From an uncultured Desulfobacterales bacterium (GTDB taxonomy: Bacteria; Desulfobacterota; Desulfobacteria; Desulfobacterales; JBDRRP01): 64,000 nucleotides of DNA. Shown here one piece after another: positions 53,782-63,583 of this stretch (its first letter is position 1; every line of letters begins with the position of its first letter). The notes below the pieces were generated by a model that made no database searches, had not been told where the DNA came from, and was given only the letters and a program-made list of their open reading frames with translations. The position numbers and the translations under genes were made by a program. The stretch lies in the NCBI GenBank assembly GCA_964446485.1, contig CAYUOU010000001.1, positions 131,209-195,208 on the forward strand, written 5' to 3'.

Positions 53782-56304
53782 ATGGGTTTCATAGCTAAAC
53801 CACTGCTGCCCGTCATGGCCGCGTTGGGCGGTCTGCGCAACGCCCTCGCCGATCACGGCAGCGCGGTGCTTCAGGCGCCGCCGGGCGCCGGCAAGACCAC
53901 GGGCATTCCGCCGGCCCTGCTGAACGAGCGCTGGCTGGCCGGCCGACGCATCATACTGATGGCACCGCGCCGGCTTGCCGCCCGGGCCGCAGCCATGCGA
54001 ATGGCCGACATGATGGGGGAAGCCGTTGGCCAGACCGTGGGCTATCGGATCCGCTTGGACAGCCGGGTGAGTGCCGCCACGCGCATCGTGGTGGTCACCG
54101 AGGGCGTTCTCACCCGTATGCTCCAGCGAGATCCCGGCCTTGGGGGGGTGGGCCTGGTCGTTTTCGACGAATTTCACGAGCGCCGCCTGGATGCCGACCT
54201 GGGACTGGCGCTTTGCCTGGACATCCAGGGCGTACTCAACACGGATCTTCGCCTTCTGGTCATGTCGGCGACACTGGAGACAGGGCCCATTGCCGCACTG
54301 ATGGGCAATGCGCCGGAGATCTCTTGCCCTGGCAAGGCCCATCCCGTGGAAACCCGCTATGTCGGCAAGCACACGCCCACTGTAGAAATGCCCGGGATTG
54401 TTGAAGCCGTAGTTTCCGCTGCGCAAGAAGAAGACGGTAATATTCTCGTGTTTCTTCCTGGTGCAGCTGAGATCCGCCGGTTGGCGGGGCGATTGGCAGC
54501 GGCCCGGCTGGGCGCCGAATGGATCGTTGCCCCGTTGTTCGGGAATTTGACCCGTCGCGCGCAGGACCTTGCCATTTCTCCCCCGCCGCCGGGCCGCAGA
54601 AAAATCGTTCTGGCCACGTCCATCGCCGAGACCAGTCTCACCATTGAGGGTATCCGGGTGGTGATTGACGGCGGGCTTCAGCGCGTGCCCCGGTTCGATC
54701 CGGGCGCCGGCCTGAGCCGGCTGGTGACGATCCCGGTGTCCCGGGCCGCTGCGGATCAGCGGCGGGGCCGTGCCGGCCGGACCGGCCCTGGTGTCTGCCT
54801 GCGCCTGTGGTCGAAAGGCCTGCACCATGCGCTGCCATACGCGCTTCGCCCGGAGATTCTGGAGGCGGACCTGTCAGGCATGGCGCTGGAATTGGCGCTC
54901 TGGGGGGTGGCCGATCCATCGCGTCTCAGATGGCTGGATCTGCCCCCGACAGGGGCTTTCACCGCTGCGATCGAATTATTGCGGTCTCTGGGCGCCATAG
55001 ACAATCCAGGCAAGATCACGCCACATGGCCGGAAAATGGCGGCCCTGCCTGCCCACCCCCGGTTGGCACACATGATGGTGGCGGCCGCGGGGCAAGGTGA
55101 CGGGGCCAGGGCTTGTAATCTGGCGGCTCTGCTCGGCGAGCGGGACTTGGTTCGCTGGGATTGCGGTCAGGGGGATGTCGATATGGCTATCCGCCATGAC
55201 GTGGCTTTCGGTTCCACCGGCGGGGGCTTGTCGGGCGGCACCGTCGATGCGGCGGCGTTGAAGCGGGTCCGACGCGTGGCCGCGCAGTTGCGCCACCATT
55301 TGAAAATTGGGGCAAGCGAGAAAACAACCGTTGCCATCTTCAGGCTGTTGGCCTGGGCCTATCCAGACCGCATCGCCCAGGCCCGGCCCGGTCAACGGGG
55401 ACGGTATCTCCTTGCCAGCGGCCGGGGCGCCTTTTTGCATCCCGATGATCCCATGGCCGTAGAGCCGTTTCTGGTGGCGGTGGCGCTGGATGGGGACCGC
55501 GGCGAGTCGCGCATTTTCCGTGCTGCCGCTTATCCCAAAAAAACTTTATTGGACCAGTTTGCCGATGCGATCCGCTGGAAGGATATTGTGGTCTGGGATG
55601 ACGCCCGCCAGGGGGTGATCAGCCGACGCGTGGCAACGCTAGGCGCCTTGACGCTCCAGAGCGAACCGTTGGCCGACCCCGATCCGGAGCAGGTCCGCGC
55701 GGCGTTGATGGCCGGCATTAAACAGGCTGGCAGTGCCTGCCTGCCGTGGACCAAACGGCTCCGCGCCTGGCAGCAACGGGTGATGTTTTTACGCCGCCAG
55801 GCGCCGGAGGACTGGCCGGATCTCTCCGATGCGCACCTCTTGGCGTCACTGGAATCATGGCTGGGAGGGTTTGTCACGGGAATGTCCCGCCTGGGTGATT
55901 TATCCCGGCTGGACCTGTCGGGTGCATTGGCCGCATTGGTGCCCCACCAACGCCTGCGGCGATTGGACAGGCTTGCCCCCACCCACCTGGATGTACCCAG
56001 CGGTTCGCGGGTTCCCATCGATTACACGGGCGAAGACCCCGTCCTGGCGGTTCGCCTCCAGGAGATGTTCGGCCTTACCACCACGCCGACCGTGTACGAC
56101 GGCCGGGTGCCGCTCACCGTCCACCTGCTGTCTCCGGCGGGGCGCCCCGTGCAGATCACCCGCGACCTGGCCAGTTTCTGGCAAAACGGATACCCCGAGG
56201 TGAAAAAAGATTTAAAAGGCCGATATACAAAGCACTACTGGCCCGAGGACCCGCTCACTGCCGCGCCCACGGCCCGGGTTAAGCCCCGCAAAAAGTCAGG
56301 GTAA
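53782..56304 (+). CDS. hrpB: ATP-dependent RNA helicase HrpB
   Basis: 840 aa. Walker A APPGAGKTT, DEAH-type box FDEFHER, and a C-terminal HrpB-specific region. Confidence 0.92.
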   Translation: MGFIAKPLLPVMAALGGLRNALADHGSAVLQAPPGAGKTTGIPPALLNERWLAGRRIILMAPRRLAARAAAMRMADMMGEAVGQTVGYRIRLDSRVSAATRIVVVTEGVLTRMLQRDPGLGGVGLVVFDEFHERRLDADLGLALCLDIQGVLNTDLRLLVMSATLETGPIAALMGNAPEISCPGKAHPVETRYVGKHTPTVEMPGIVEAVVSAAQEEDGNILVFLPGAAEIRRLAGRLAAARLGAEWIVAPLFGNLTRRAQDLAISPPPPGRRKIVLATSIAETSLTIEGIRVVIDGGLQRVPRFDPGAGLSRLVTIPVSRAAADQRRGRAGRTGPGVCLRLWSKGLHHALPYALRPEILEADLSGMALELALWGVADPSRLRWLDLPPTGAFTAAIELLRSLGAIDNPGKITPHGRKMAALPAHPRLAHMMVAAAGQGDGARACNLAALLGERDLVRWDCGQGDVDMAIRHDVAFGSTGGGLSGGTVDAAALKRVRRVAAQLRHHLKIGASEKTTVAIFRLLAWAYPDRIAQARPGQRGRYLLASGRGAFLHPDDPMAVEPFLVAVALDGDRGESRIFRAAAYPKKTLLDQFADAIRWKDIVVWDDARQGVISRRVATLGALTLQSEPLADPDPEQVRAALMAGIKQAGSACLPWTKRLRAWQQRVMFLRRQAPEDWPDLSDAHLLASLESWLGGFVTGMSRLGDLSRLDLSGALAALVPHQRLRRLDRLAPTHLDVPSGSRVPIDYTGEDPVLAVRLQEMFGLTTTPTVYDGRVPLTVHLLSPAGRPVQITRDLASFWQNGYPEVKKDLKGRYTKHYWPEDPLTAAPTARVKPRKKSG

Positions 56305-56546
56305 ACGAAAATGAGAAGCGGATCAGCGTGGGGGCTATTTTGTCCGTCAACGAACTGCCGATTCCAGACTAATTAATAAAACCCGTGAGGGCTTCTTGCA
56401 ATGTGTCATCGACTTCTTGGATGCTTTCCATAACCGCTTGGGGCGCCCTGCCTTGAGCGGCGATGGAACCGTGGGTGCCGAGCCATCGTGGCAGGGGATC
56501 CGCCGGTGTTGACACCCCTGGCATTTTACTGTTTGAAGCGTTTACC

Positions 56547-57059
56547 ATGACCAGTCTGGAAAAAAACGTCGTTCTCATCGGCATGCCCGCCGCGGGTAAA
56601 AGCACCGTGGGGGTGCTGCTGGCCAAACGGCTGGGGTACGGGTTCATCGACACCGACATCCTCATCCAGACCGAGGAGGGCGAGACCCTGCCGTCGCTCA
56701 TCCACCGCCTGGGGCCCGATGGTTTCTGCGATGTGGAGGCCCGCCACGTGCTGGGTCTCGATGTCAGCGCCCATGTCATCGCCACGGGCGGCTCGGTGGT
56801 CTACCGCGACCTGGCCATGGACCACCTGGCCCGCTCGGGCCATATCATCTATCTCGCCATCGAGCTGTCCCGGCTCGCCCGAAGGCTCGACGATCTGGGC
56901 GACCGCGGGGTGGTGGTCGCCCCGGGGCAGACCATCGCGGGGCTCTATGCGGAGCGCACCCCGAGCTACGCCCGCTGGGCCCAGTGCACCGTGGACTGCT
57001 CGGCGCTGACCCCTGACCAGGTCGTCGCGCAGGTGCTGAAGGCGCTGGCGCAAGGGTAG
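56547..57059 (+). CDS. aroK: shikimate kinase
   Basis: Track ORF trimmed to MTSLEKNVVLIGMPAAGKSTVG (P-loop). 170 aa. Confidence 0.88.
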   Translation: MTSLEKNVVLIGMPAAGKSTVGVLLAKRLGYGFIDTDILIQTEEGETLPSLIHRLGPDGFCDVEARHVLGLDVSAHVIATGGSVVYRDLAMDHLARSGHIIYLAIELSRLARRLDDLGDRGVVVAPGQTIAGLYAERTPSYARWAQCTVDCSALTPDQVVAQVLKALAQG

Positions 57060-57093
57060 CCGAGACCCCCCGAGAACCGACACCACACCTGCG

Positions 57094-57119
57094 CTCGCGC
57101 AAAGACGTCTTTGCGCGAG
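57094..57119. terminator. 26-bp perfect palindrome between convergent aroK and dinB (putative bidirectional terminator hairpin)
   Basis: CTCGCGCAAAGAC|GTCTTTGCGCGAG. Flanks are only weakly T-rich. Confidence 0.45.
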
Positions 57120-57153
57120 GCATGGTTTCTTCTCGCCGTTGCCCTGCGGCCAC

Positions 57154-58326
57154 TCACCCGTCATTTTCCTCCCGGTCCACCAATGCCGCCCGCTTTATGG
57201 CGCCGCGCCCGTATTTTTCGTCGATGCGGTCCATCACGGCGTCGGCTTTCTCCCAGTCGTTTTCAGCACGCGCCGGTCCGTCAAACAAGCAGGCCTGCCG
57301 TGGCAGGTCCGCTTCGACGAATCCCGACGTCCCCACGCCGATGAGGCGAAGCTTTCCCTGGGGCGGGTGGCGGTCCAGAAGGGCGCAGGCGGCCGAATAG
57401 ATGGCCCGGCCGGACTGGGTGGGTGCCGGCAGGGTGCGCCGCCGGGTCCACTGGCGAAACGCGGTGTCCTTCATTTTTATCTGGACCGTGCGTGCCTTAA
57501 CGCCGAGACGTCGAAGCTGTCGCGCCACGGTGTCGGATTGCTTGAGCATGACGCGTTTGAGGCGATCGATTTCAGCGGTGTCTTTTGCCAGGGTGTTTTC
57601 CGAACTCACCGATTTGGCCGGCGAAGAGGGAACCACCGGCGAGTCGTCATCCCCTTCGGCCAGCATTTTGAGACGCCGTCCGAATTCTCCCAGCCGACGC
57701 TCCAGCAACGACGTCGGCAGTTTCCGCGCATCCCCCAGGCAGTTGACGCCGAGCTGGCGGAGCACCGGCTCGGTGGTGCGTCCGACGCCGGGGACTTTTC
57801 GGATATCCAGCGCATCGATGAAAGCCCGCACCGCTTCCGGCGCAATGTGGGTCAGCCCGCTGGGCTTGTTCATGTCGGAGGCGATTTTGGCAATGAATTT
57901 ACAGGGGGCGATGCCGATGGAGCATGTGAGGCCGGTTTCCACCTGCACGGTATTCTTGATGGTTTCGGCGATGGCCGTCGGCGTCCCGAACAATCGGCCG
58001 CAGCCGCTAACGTCGAGGAAGGCTTCATCCACGGACATCGCTTCCACCAGGGGGGTGAACCGCCGGAACACGGCCATCACATCTTGGGAGACCTCTTTGT
58101 ATCGCTGCATGCGCGGATGGATGAAAACGCCGTGGGGACAGCACTGCTTGGCCTGGAACACCGGCATGGCCGAGTGAACGCCGAAACGCCGGGCCTCGTA
58201 GCTGGCCGCCGAAACGACCCCTCTCCCGGACGTGCCGCCGACAATCACGCACTTGCCCCGCAACGAAGGGTCATCGCGCTGTTCAACGGAGGCGAAAAAG
58301 GCATCCATGTCCACGTGGAGGATCAC
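57154..58326 (-). CDS. dinB: DNA polymerase IV
   Basis: ILHVDMDAFFASVEQ catalytic motif and Y-family palm, fingers and little-finger layout. GTG start. Confidence 0.93.
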   Translation of the reverse strand: MILHVDMDAFFASVEQRDDPSLRGKCVIVGGTSGRGVVSAASYEARRFGVHSAMPVFQAKQCCPHGVFIHPRMQRYKEVSQDVMAVFRRFTPLVEAMSVDEAFLDVSGCGRLFGTPTAIAETIKNTVQVETGLTCSIGIAPCKFIAKIASDMNKPSGLTHIAPEAVRAFIDALDIRKVPGVGRTTEPVLRQLGVNCLGDARKLPTSLLERRLGEFGRRLKMLAEGDDDSPVVPSSPAKSVSSENTLAKDTAEIDRLKRVMLKQSDTVARQLRRLGVKARTVQIKMKDTAFRQWTRRRTLPAPTQSGRAIYSAACALLDRHPPQGKLRLIGVGTSGFVEADLPRQACLFDGPARAENDWEKADAVMDRIDEKYGRGAIKRAALVDREENDG

Positions 58327-58421
58327 ACTGAAAGTTATCCTTGAAAAAGACTTCGATTTGTTACAAAACTGTTAGCCAGTGAACGGTGGGCTCCAAAAAT
58401 GTCTGATGAAAGCGATGCGCC

Positions 58422-59948
58422 ATGAAACGAATCGAGGAAGTCACCTTATTGTACGAAATCAGCAAGGCCCTCAACGAAAGTCTGGACCTTCGAAGATCCC
58501 TATACATAGTCCTCGAACACTTGTCCAATTCGTTGAACATGGCTCGAGGTACCGTCACCCTTCTGGACCCGTTGCGAGACGAAATTCGCATCGAGGTGGC
58601 CCACGGCATCTCAAAATCGGCCATGGAACGGGCGAAATACAAACTCGGGGAGGGCATTACCGGGCGTGTCATCGAAACCGGCAAGCCGGTCACTATTCCC
58701 AAAATCAGCGAGGAGCCGGATTTTCTCAACCGAACCGCCGCGAGAAAATCCAAACAGGATCAGGAGCGCTCTTTCATCTGCGTGCCCGTGAAGCGGGGCA
58801 GCCAAGTCATCGGCGCCCTCAGTGTCGACCAGGCCTTCAGCGAATCCTATCCGCTCAAGGAAAGCCAGAAACTGCTGTCTGTGGTGGCCACCATGATCGC
58901 CCAGCATGTGATCAATCTGGAAACGATACGCAGGGAAAAGGAACTCCTCAGAGAAGAAAACAAGCGGCTTCGAAACGAATTGGAAAACAAGTATAGCATC
59001 ACCAACATCATCGGCAACAGCAACAAGATGCGCGAAGTCTTCCAGATGATCTCCCAGGTTTGCAACAGCAATGCCACCGTCCTCATCCGTGGCGAAAGCG
59101 GCACCGGGAAGGAGCTGGCGGCCAATTCCATTCACTACAACAGCCCTCGGGCGAAAGCGCCGTTCATCAAGGTCAACTGTGCGGCGATCCCCATCAACCT
59201 TATCGAGAGCGAATTGTTCGGGCATGAGCGGGGCGCTTTTACCGGCGCCATCAAGCAGAAAATGGGAAAGTTCGAGCTGGCCCATAATGGTACGCTCTTT
59301 CTGGATGAAATCGGCTCCATCGGTCTTGATGTTCAAGCCAACTTGCTGCGGGTCTTGCAGGAAAAAGAACTGGAACGGGTCGGCGGCCAGCGGGTCATCA
59401 AGGTGGATGTGCGCATCGTTGCCGCCACCAACAAAAACCTGGAAGAAGCCGTGGAAGATGGCTCCTTTCGAGGTGATCTCTACTACCGGCTCAACGTGTT
59501 TCCCATCTACATGCCACCCCTGCGAGAGCGCAAAACCGACATTCTGCTGCTGGCCGATTATTTCCTGGAAAAATATGACCGGGAAAACAATAAGGACATC
59601 AAGCGGTTCTCAACACCGGCCATCGACATGCTCATGGCGTATCACTGGCCCGGCAACGTCAGAGAGCTTGAGAACTGCATCGAGCGGGCGGTGCTGCTCT
59701 GCGAGGAGGGCGTCATTCATAGCTACCACCTGCCGCCGACCCTGCAGACGGGCGAGGAATCGGGTACCGTGCCGGATCTGTCTTTGGAGGATGCCGTGGG
59801 CAAACTGGAACGGGAAATGCTGATCGACGCATTGAAAAATACCCGGGGAAACGCCACCGCCGCAGCGGCCCTGCTGAAAACCACCGTCAGAAAATTCAAC
59901 TACAAGGCCAAAAGATACGACGTGGACTACCGGGTTTACCGGGGGTGA
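58422..59948 (+). CDS. sigma-54-dependent transcriptional activator with N-terminal GAF domain (NifA-like architecture)
   Basis: GAF segment ([16 protein letters not shown]...GITGRV), [14 protein letters not shown], and a C-terminal HTH. Confidence 0.9.
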   Translation: MKRIEEVTLLYEISKALNESLDLRRSLYIVLEHLSNSLNMARGTVTLLDPLRDEIRIEVAHGISKSAMERAKYKLGEGITGRVIETGKPVTIPKISEEPDFLNRTAARKSKQDQERSFICVPVKRGSQVIGALSVDQAFSESYPLKESQKLLSVVATMIAQHVINLETIRREKELLREENKRLRNELENKYSITNIIGNSNKMREVFQMISQVCNSNATVLIRGESGTGKELAANSIHYNSPRAKAPFIKVNCAAIPINLIESELFGHERGAFTGAIKQKMGKFELAHNGTLFLDEIGSIGLDVQANLLRVLQEKELERVGGQRVIKVDVRIVAATNKNLEEAVEDGSFRGDLYYRLNVFPIYMPPLRERKTDILLLADYFLEKYDRENNKDIKRFSTPAIDMLMAYHWPGNVRELENCIERAVLLCEEGVIHSYHLPPTLQTGEESGTVPDLSLEDAVGKLEREMLIDALKNTRGNATAAAALLKTTVRKFNYKAKRYDVDYRVYRG

Positions 59949-60020
59949 CCCTTCCGAAGCACACATTCCCGGCATGACACCGGCGGCCGCCTTCCAGGTC
60001 CTTTAAGGGCATATCGCCGC

Positions 60021-60066
60021 GAGGTCTATTTGCGGGCGGTCCGGCCAGCCCGGCGCCCTGCTTAAC
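60021..60066 (+). repeat. GC-rich intergenic repeat, copy 2
   Basis: Same element, with the core at 60038..60058. Starts 72 nt after a plus-strand stop codon. Confidence 0.65.
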
Positions 60067-60112
60067 TCGTCACGACGCTTCCCGCGCCGCGATTTCTTCT
60101 CGTCACGACGCT
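60066..60112 (+). repeat. two perfect 14-nt direct repeats spaced 33 nt apart
   Basis: CTCGTCACGACGCT occurs at 60066..60079 and 60099..60112. Confidence 0.6.
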
Positions 60113-60189
60113 CCGCTGTTACCGGGCATCGAAAATGGGTGAATCTCGTTCAGCGAGACTTGCGGGGCCCGGCGGCCTCCCCAAACTAT

Positions 60190-60201
60190 TTGTCTTGACA
60201 A
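60190..60201. promoter_or_regulatory. GntR-type operator-like palindrome overlapping a -35-like TTGACA
   Basis: TTGTC-tt-GACAA fits the GntR-family GT..AC palindrome style. It is followed by TTGACC-16 nt-TATCCT, ~60 nt upstream of the GntR start. Confidence 0.3.
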
Positions 60202-60258
60202 CTTGACCAATTTTACCTACCCCTTATCCTAAGACGGTAATCTTCGCCTGATTCTAAA

Positions 60259-61008
60259 ATGGTGGTGCACCCCATGCTGAACCCGCAATCTCCGGTACCC
60301 TTGTATTACCAGCTGGCCGACATACTGATGGCGAAAATCCGCTCAGGAGAATATCCGCCAGGTACCCGCATCCCGTCGGAACACCAGTTGGCCGCCGCCT
60401 ACGGCATCGGCCGCCCAACAGCCCGCCAGGCCACCGATCTGCTGGTTCGAAAACGCATCCTTATGCGCCGCCGAGGCTCCGGGACGTATGTCCAGCCCTC
60501 CGCCAAAGAGGTGAATCTCTTCTCGTTGGCCGGCACCACCTCCGCCTTTCACCAGGAAGGCATCTCGGTCACGACCACATTGCTCGAAGGGCCTCGATTG
60601 CAAACCGTTGCCGGCGCGGAAAGCACCAATCCCTTCAGCGGAAAACCCGCCTATTTCCTGTCACGCCTGCGGACGGTGGATGCCCGCCCCGTGCTTATCG
60701 AAGACATTTTTCTCGACAGCACGGTCTTTCGAGATATCGACCGCATGGACCTGCGGCGTCAGCCCCTCAGCCGCATCGTCCAAGAGCAGTTTTTTCTCCG
60801 ACCCACCGGCGGTAAACAACAGTTTCGCATTGACTACGTCCATGGTGATCGCGCCGCCGCGCTGAAAGTGGGTGCTGACTCGCCCATCCTGCTGGTTTAT
60901 CGGTACATTCACTTTTCAGACCATGAAAACGCCGTCTATGCCGAAATGTACTGCCGCACGGACCAGTTCGTCTTTTCACAAACCATTGGAGGATTTACCG
61001 ATGCGTAA
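60259..61008 (+). CDS. GntR family transcriptional regulator, HutC/UTRA subfamily
   Basis: Winged HTH (PLYYQLADILMAKIRSGEY...IPSEHQLAAAYGIGRPTARQA) plus a UTRA-type effector domain. The stop overlaps the trpB start. An alternative start is at 60274. Confidence 0.85.
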   Translation: MVVHPMLNPQSPVPLYYQLADILMAKIRSGEYPPGTRIPSEHQLAAAYGIGRPTARQATDLLVRKRILMRRRGSGTYVQPSAKEVNLFSLAGTTSAFHQEGISVTTTLLEGPRLQTVAGAESTNPFSGKPAYFLSRLRTVDARPVLIEDIFLDSTVFRDIDRMDLRRQPLSRIVQEQFFLRPTGGKQQFRIDYVHGDRAAALKVGADSPILLVYRYIHFSDHENAVYAEMYCRTDQFVFSQTIGGFTDA

Positions 61009-62227
61009 CCGCGGACATTTCGGCCGCTTTGGTGGGGCCTTTCTACCTGAAGTGCTGATGGCCACCTTCGATGAACTCGAAGCCGCCTTCGTCGAAGCAC
61101 GCGATGATCCGGCATTTTGGAATGAGTATGCCGATCTCATGTCTACGTATTCCTGCCGACCCACACCGCTGACGTTTGCCGGCAATCTCACCCGGCATTT
61201 CGGGGGCGCCAGGATCTACATCAAGCGAGAGGATCTCAACCACACGGGCGCCCACAAGGCCAACAACGTCATGGGGCAAGGGCTGCTGGTGCAGCGCATG
61301 GGCAAACAGCGGGTGATTGCCGAAACCGGCGCCGGCCAGCACGGCGTGGCCACGGCCACCATGGCCGCCAAATTCGGGTTTCGCTGCACCATTTACATGG
61401 GGGCAGTGGATGTCGAGCGCCAGCGCCCCAACGTGTTCTGGATGCAGCAGATGGGCGCCGAAGTGGTGCCGGTCACCGACGGCACGCGCATCCTCAAGGA
61501 TGCCATCAACGAGGCCTTCCGAGACTGGGTCACCCATATGGACGACACCCACTATGTGCTTGGCACCGCCTGCGGCCCCCACCCGTTTCCAGAAATGGTG
61601 ACGCACTTTCAGAGCATCATCGGCAAGGAGGCGCGCGGCCAGATCATGGCGGCCGAAGGACGCCTGCCGTCACGCATCTACGCCTGTGTGGGTGGCGGCT
61701 CCAACGCCATGGGCATATTCAGCGGATTCATGGATGACACGGTGGGTCTGGTGGGCGTGGAGGCGGGCGGCAGGGGCCTCGACAGTGGGCAACACGCCGC
61801 TAGGCTGGCCTCCCCAGACGGCAGCATCGGCGTGGCCCAGGGGTACCGCACCTTTTTTCTCCAGGATGACGACGGCCAAATGAAGGAGACCCACAGTGTG
61901 GCCGCCGGCCTGGATTACGTGGGCGTCTCGCCAATCCTTTCGTCCCTCCACGAAAGCGGACGCGTCCAGTTCACTGCGGCCACCGATGCGGAAGTCATCG
62001 AGGCCATGAAACTCACCATGCGGATGGAAGGTGTTATCCCTGCCCTTGAATCGGCACACGCTTTTGTCCAGGCATTCAAGGATGCCCCGACCCTCTCCCC
62101 CAAGGACTGCATCATCATCAACCAATCCGGCCGCGGAGACAAAGACATCTTCACCATTGCCGACGCCTTCGGCGATCCCGGCTGGAAGGCGTTTATTCAA
62201 AAGAAAGCGAAAAGCTACCATGCTTGA
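61001..62227 (+). CDS. trpB: tryptophan synthase beta chain
   Basis: ATG 61001 inside ATGCGTAA, which overlaps the GntR stop. FGRFGG, PLP-lysine motif HTGAHKANN, and GGGSNAMG. Confidence 0.95.
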   Translation: MRNRGHFGRFGGAFLPEVLMATFDELEAAFVEARDDPAFWNEYADLMSTYSCRPTPLTFAGNLTRHFGGARIYIKREDLNHTGAHKANNVMGQGLLVQRMGKQRVIAETGAGQHGVATATMAAKFGFRCTIYMGAVDVERQRPNVFWMQQMGAEVVPVTDGTRILKDAINEAFRDWVTHMDDTHYVLGTACGPHPFPEMVTHFQSIIGKEARGQIMAAEGRLPSRIYACVGGGSNAMGIFSGFMDDTVGLVGVEAGGRGLDSGQHAARLASPDGSIGVAQGYRTFFLQDDDGQMKETHSVAAGLDYVGVSPILSSLHESGRVQFTAATDAEVIEAMKLTMRMEGVIPALESAHAFVQAFKDAPTLSPKDCIIINQSGRGDKDIFTIADAFGDPGWKAFIQKKAKSYHA

Positions 62228-62981
62228 AAATTATATCCGCGAGCGGCTGAAGACCCGGGAAATTTTGCTGATGACCCACATCGTGCTGGGCTATCCCAGC
62301 TTCGAGGCCTCCCGTGACATCGTGGCAGCCATGGTGGCCGCCGGGGTGGATCTCATGGAACTGCAAATCCCTTTTTCGGAGCCCATGGCCGACGGCCCGG
62401 TCATCCTGAAGGCCAACCAGGAGGCTCTGGCCGCCGGTGTTACTGTATCCGAGTGTATCGACTTTGCCGGCAAGGCCGCCGAAACACACGACATCCCCTT
62501 TCTCTACATGACCTACTGCAACATCCTTTATAAATTCGGCTACGATGCCTTTGCCGAAACCATGGCCAGGCGCAATATCCGGGGCGCCATCGTGCCGGAT
62601 CTGCCGCCAGAGGAGGGGGGTGACTATCTCGACGCCATGAAGCGCCACACCTTGTCGCCCATCTTCATTTACGCGCCGACAACCCCGGACACGCGAATGG
62701 CGGAAATCGACCGCCACGCAGAGGGATTTGTCTACTGCGTGGCACGCAAGGGTGTGACCGGCAAGGACACCCAGTTTTCAGACGATCTCAGCAACTACCT
62801 GCTACGCTGCCGGCAAGCCACCACGCTGCCCCTGGCGCTTGGATTCGGCGTGAAGGATAAAGCGGACGTGGATTTTCTGAAGGGGAAGGTGGACATCGCC
62901 GTCATCGGCACCCAGACCATCCGACTGCTCAATGAACAGGGCGTGGGCGCGGTGGAAGACTTCATTCGGGATTTGAGATAG
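62220..62981 (+). CDS. trpA: tryptophan synthase alpha chain
   Basis: ATG 62220 overlaps the trpB stop. ELQIPFSEPMADGPVI catalytic Glu/Asp segment. 253 aa. Confidence 0.93.
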   Translation: MLENYIRERLKTREILLMTHIVLGYPSFEASRDIVAAMVAAGVDLMELQIPFSEPMADGPVILKANQEALAAGVTVSECIDFAGKAAETHDIPFLYMTYCNILYKFGYDAFAETMARRNIRGAIVPDLPPEEGGDYLDAMKRHTLSPIFIYAPTTPDTRMAEIDRHAEGFVYCVARKGVTGKDTQFSDDLSNYLLRCRQATTLPLALGFGVKDKADVDFLKGKVDIAVIGTQTIRLLNEQGVGAVEDFIRDLR

Positions 62982-63002
62982 GCACGCCCGCCGATGGGGG
63001 CA

Positions 63003-63560
63003 TCAGACGCTCTTGTCGCGCAGGTTTTCGTCGCGAAGCAGTCGCTCGCGAATGCCCCGGCTGACGCTGTAAGTGCGGTTGAAATCGGCCCAGAAATCCT
63101 GGTGATTGTCACGCCATCCGACACCGAAGCGTTTGTCGAAAAAATCGCCCAAACGATCGAAAAGCAGCTTCCAGGGGGGGATGCCCCGGGATTCGGCAGC
63201 AAACAGGTCATTGAGAAAGATATCCAGCTCCGCCAGGGTTTCCTTGGGAAGATAGGAAAGCGCCCCCTTCTGAATGGAGGCCATGAGGGTTTCGGGATTG
63301 ATGGCATGGGCGGTCAGCATGATGGTGGGCATGCCGCGGGCCACCGATTCTTCCAGCAGTTGAAGCCCATTGACCCCCATGATGTCCAGAATCACCAAAT
63401 CGTAGTGATTGTTGCTTATCTTCACCGAGGCCGCGTCGTAGTCGCGGGCCGTGTCGAGTGCGGTCATGTCCAGGATATCGGCGATGGTTTCCAGTATGTC
63501 GGGCTCGTCGTCGACGGCAAGCACGCGTTTTTTCTGCAGCCAGGGGGTTGTCTCATTCAT
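63003..63560 (-). CDS. response regulator with uncharacterised C-terminal extension
   Basis: ATG 63560 after GGAG. Receiver VLAVDDE, VILDIMGVNG, LTAH and LPK. The ~65-aa C-terminal region has no recognised domain. Confidence 0.8.
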   Translation of the reverse strand: MNETTPWLQKKRVLAVDDEPDILETIADILDMTALDTARDYDAASVKISNNHYDLVILDIMGVNGLQLLEESVARGMPTIMLTAHAINPETLMASIQKGALSYLPKETLAELDIFLNDLFAAESRGIPPWKLLFDRLGDFFDKRFGVGWRDNHQDFWADFNRTYSVSRGIRERLLRDENLRDKSV

Positions 63561-63583
63561 GGCAGGATCTCCGTTTTCTCCCG

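Noticed and set aside
56369-56431. 20-codon acidic minus-strand mini-ORF (MESIQEVDDTLQEALTGFIN) between hrpB and aroK.
   Set aside because: It has no SD and no promoter or terminator context, and it is too short to evaluate. It is probably a chance ORF.
56509-56533. TTGACA and TGGCATtttacTGTT just upstream of aroK, considered as sigma-70 or sigma-54 promoters.
   Set aside because: No acceptable -10 hexamer lies 16-18 nt after the TTGACA. The -12 region of the sigma-54-like motif lacks a properly placed TTGC/GC.
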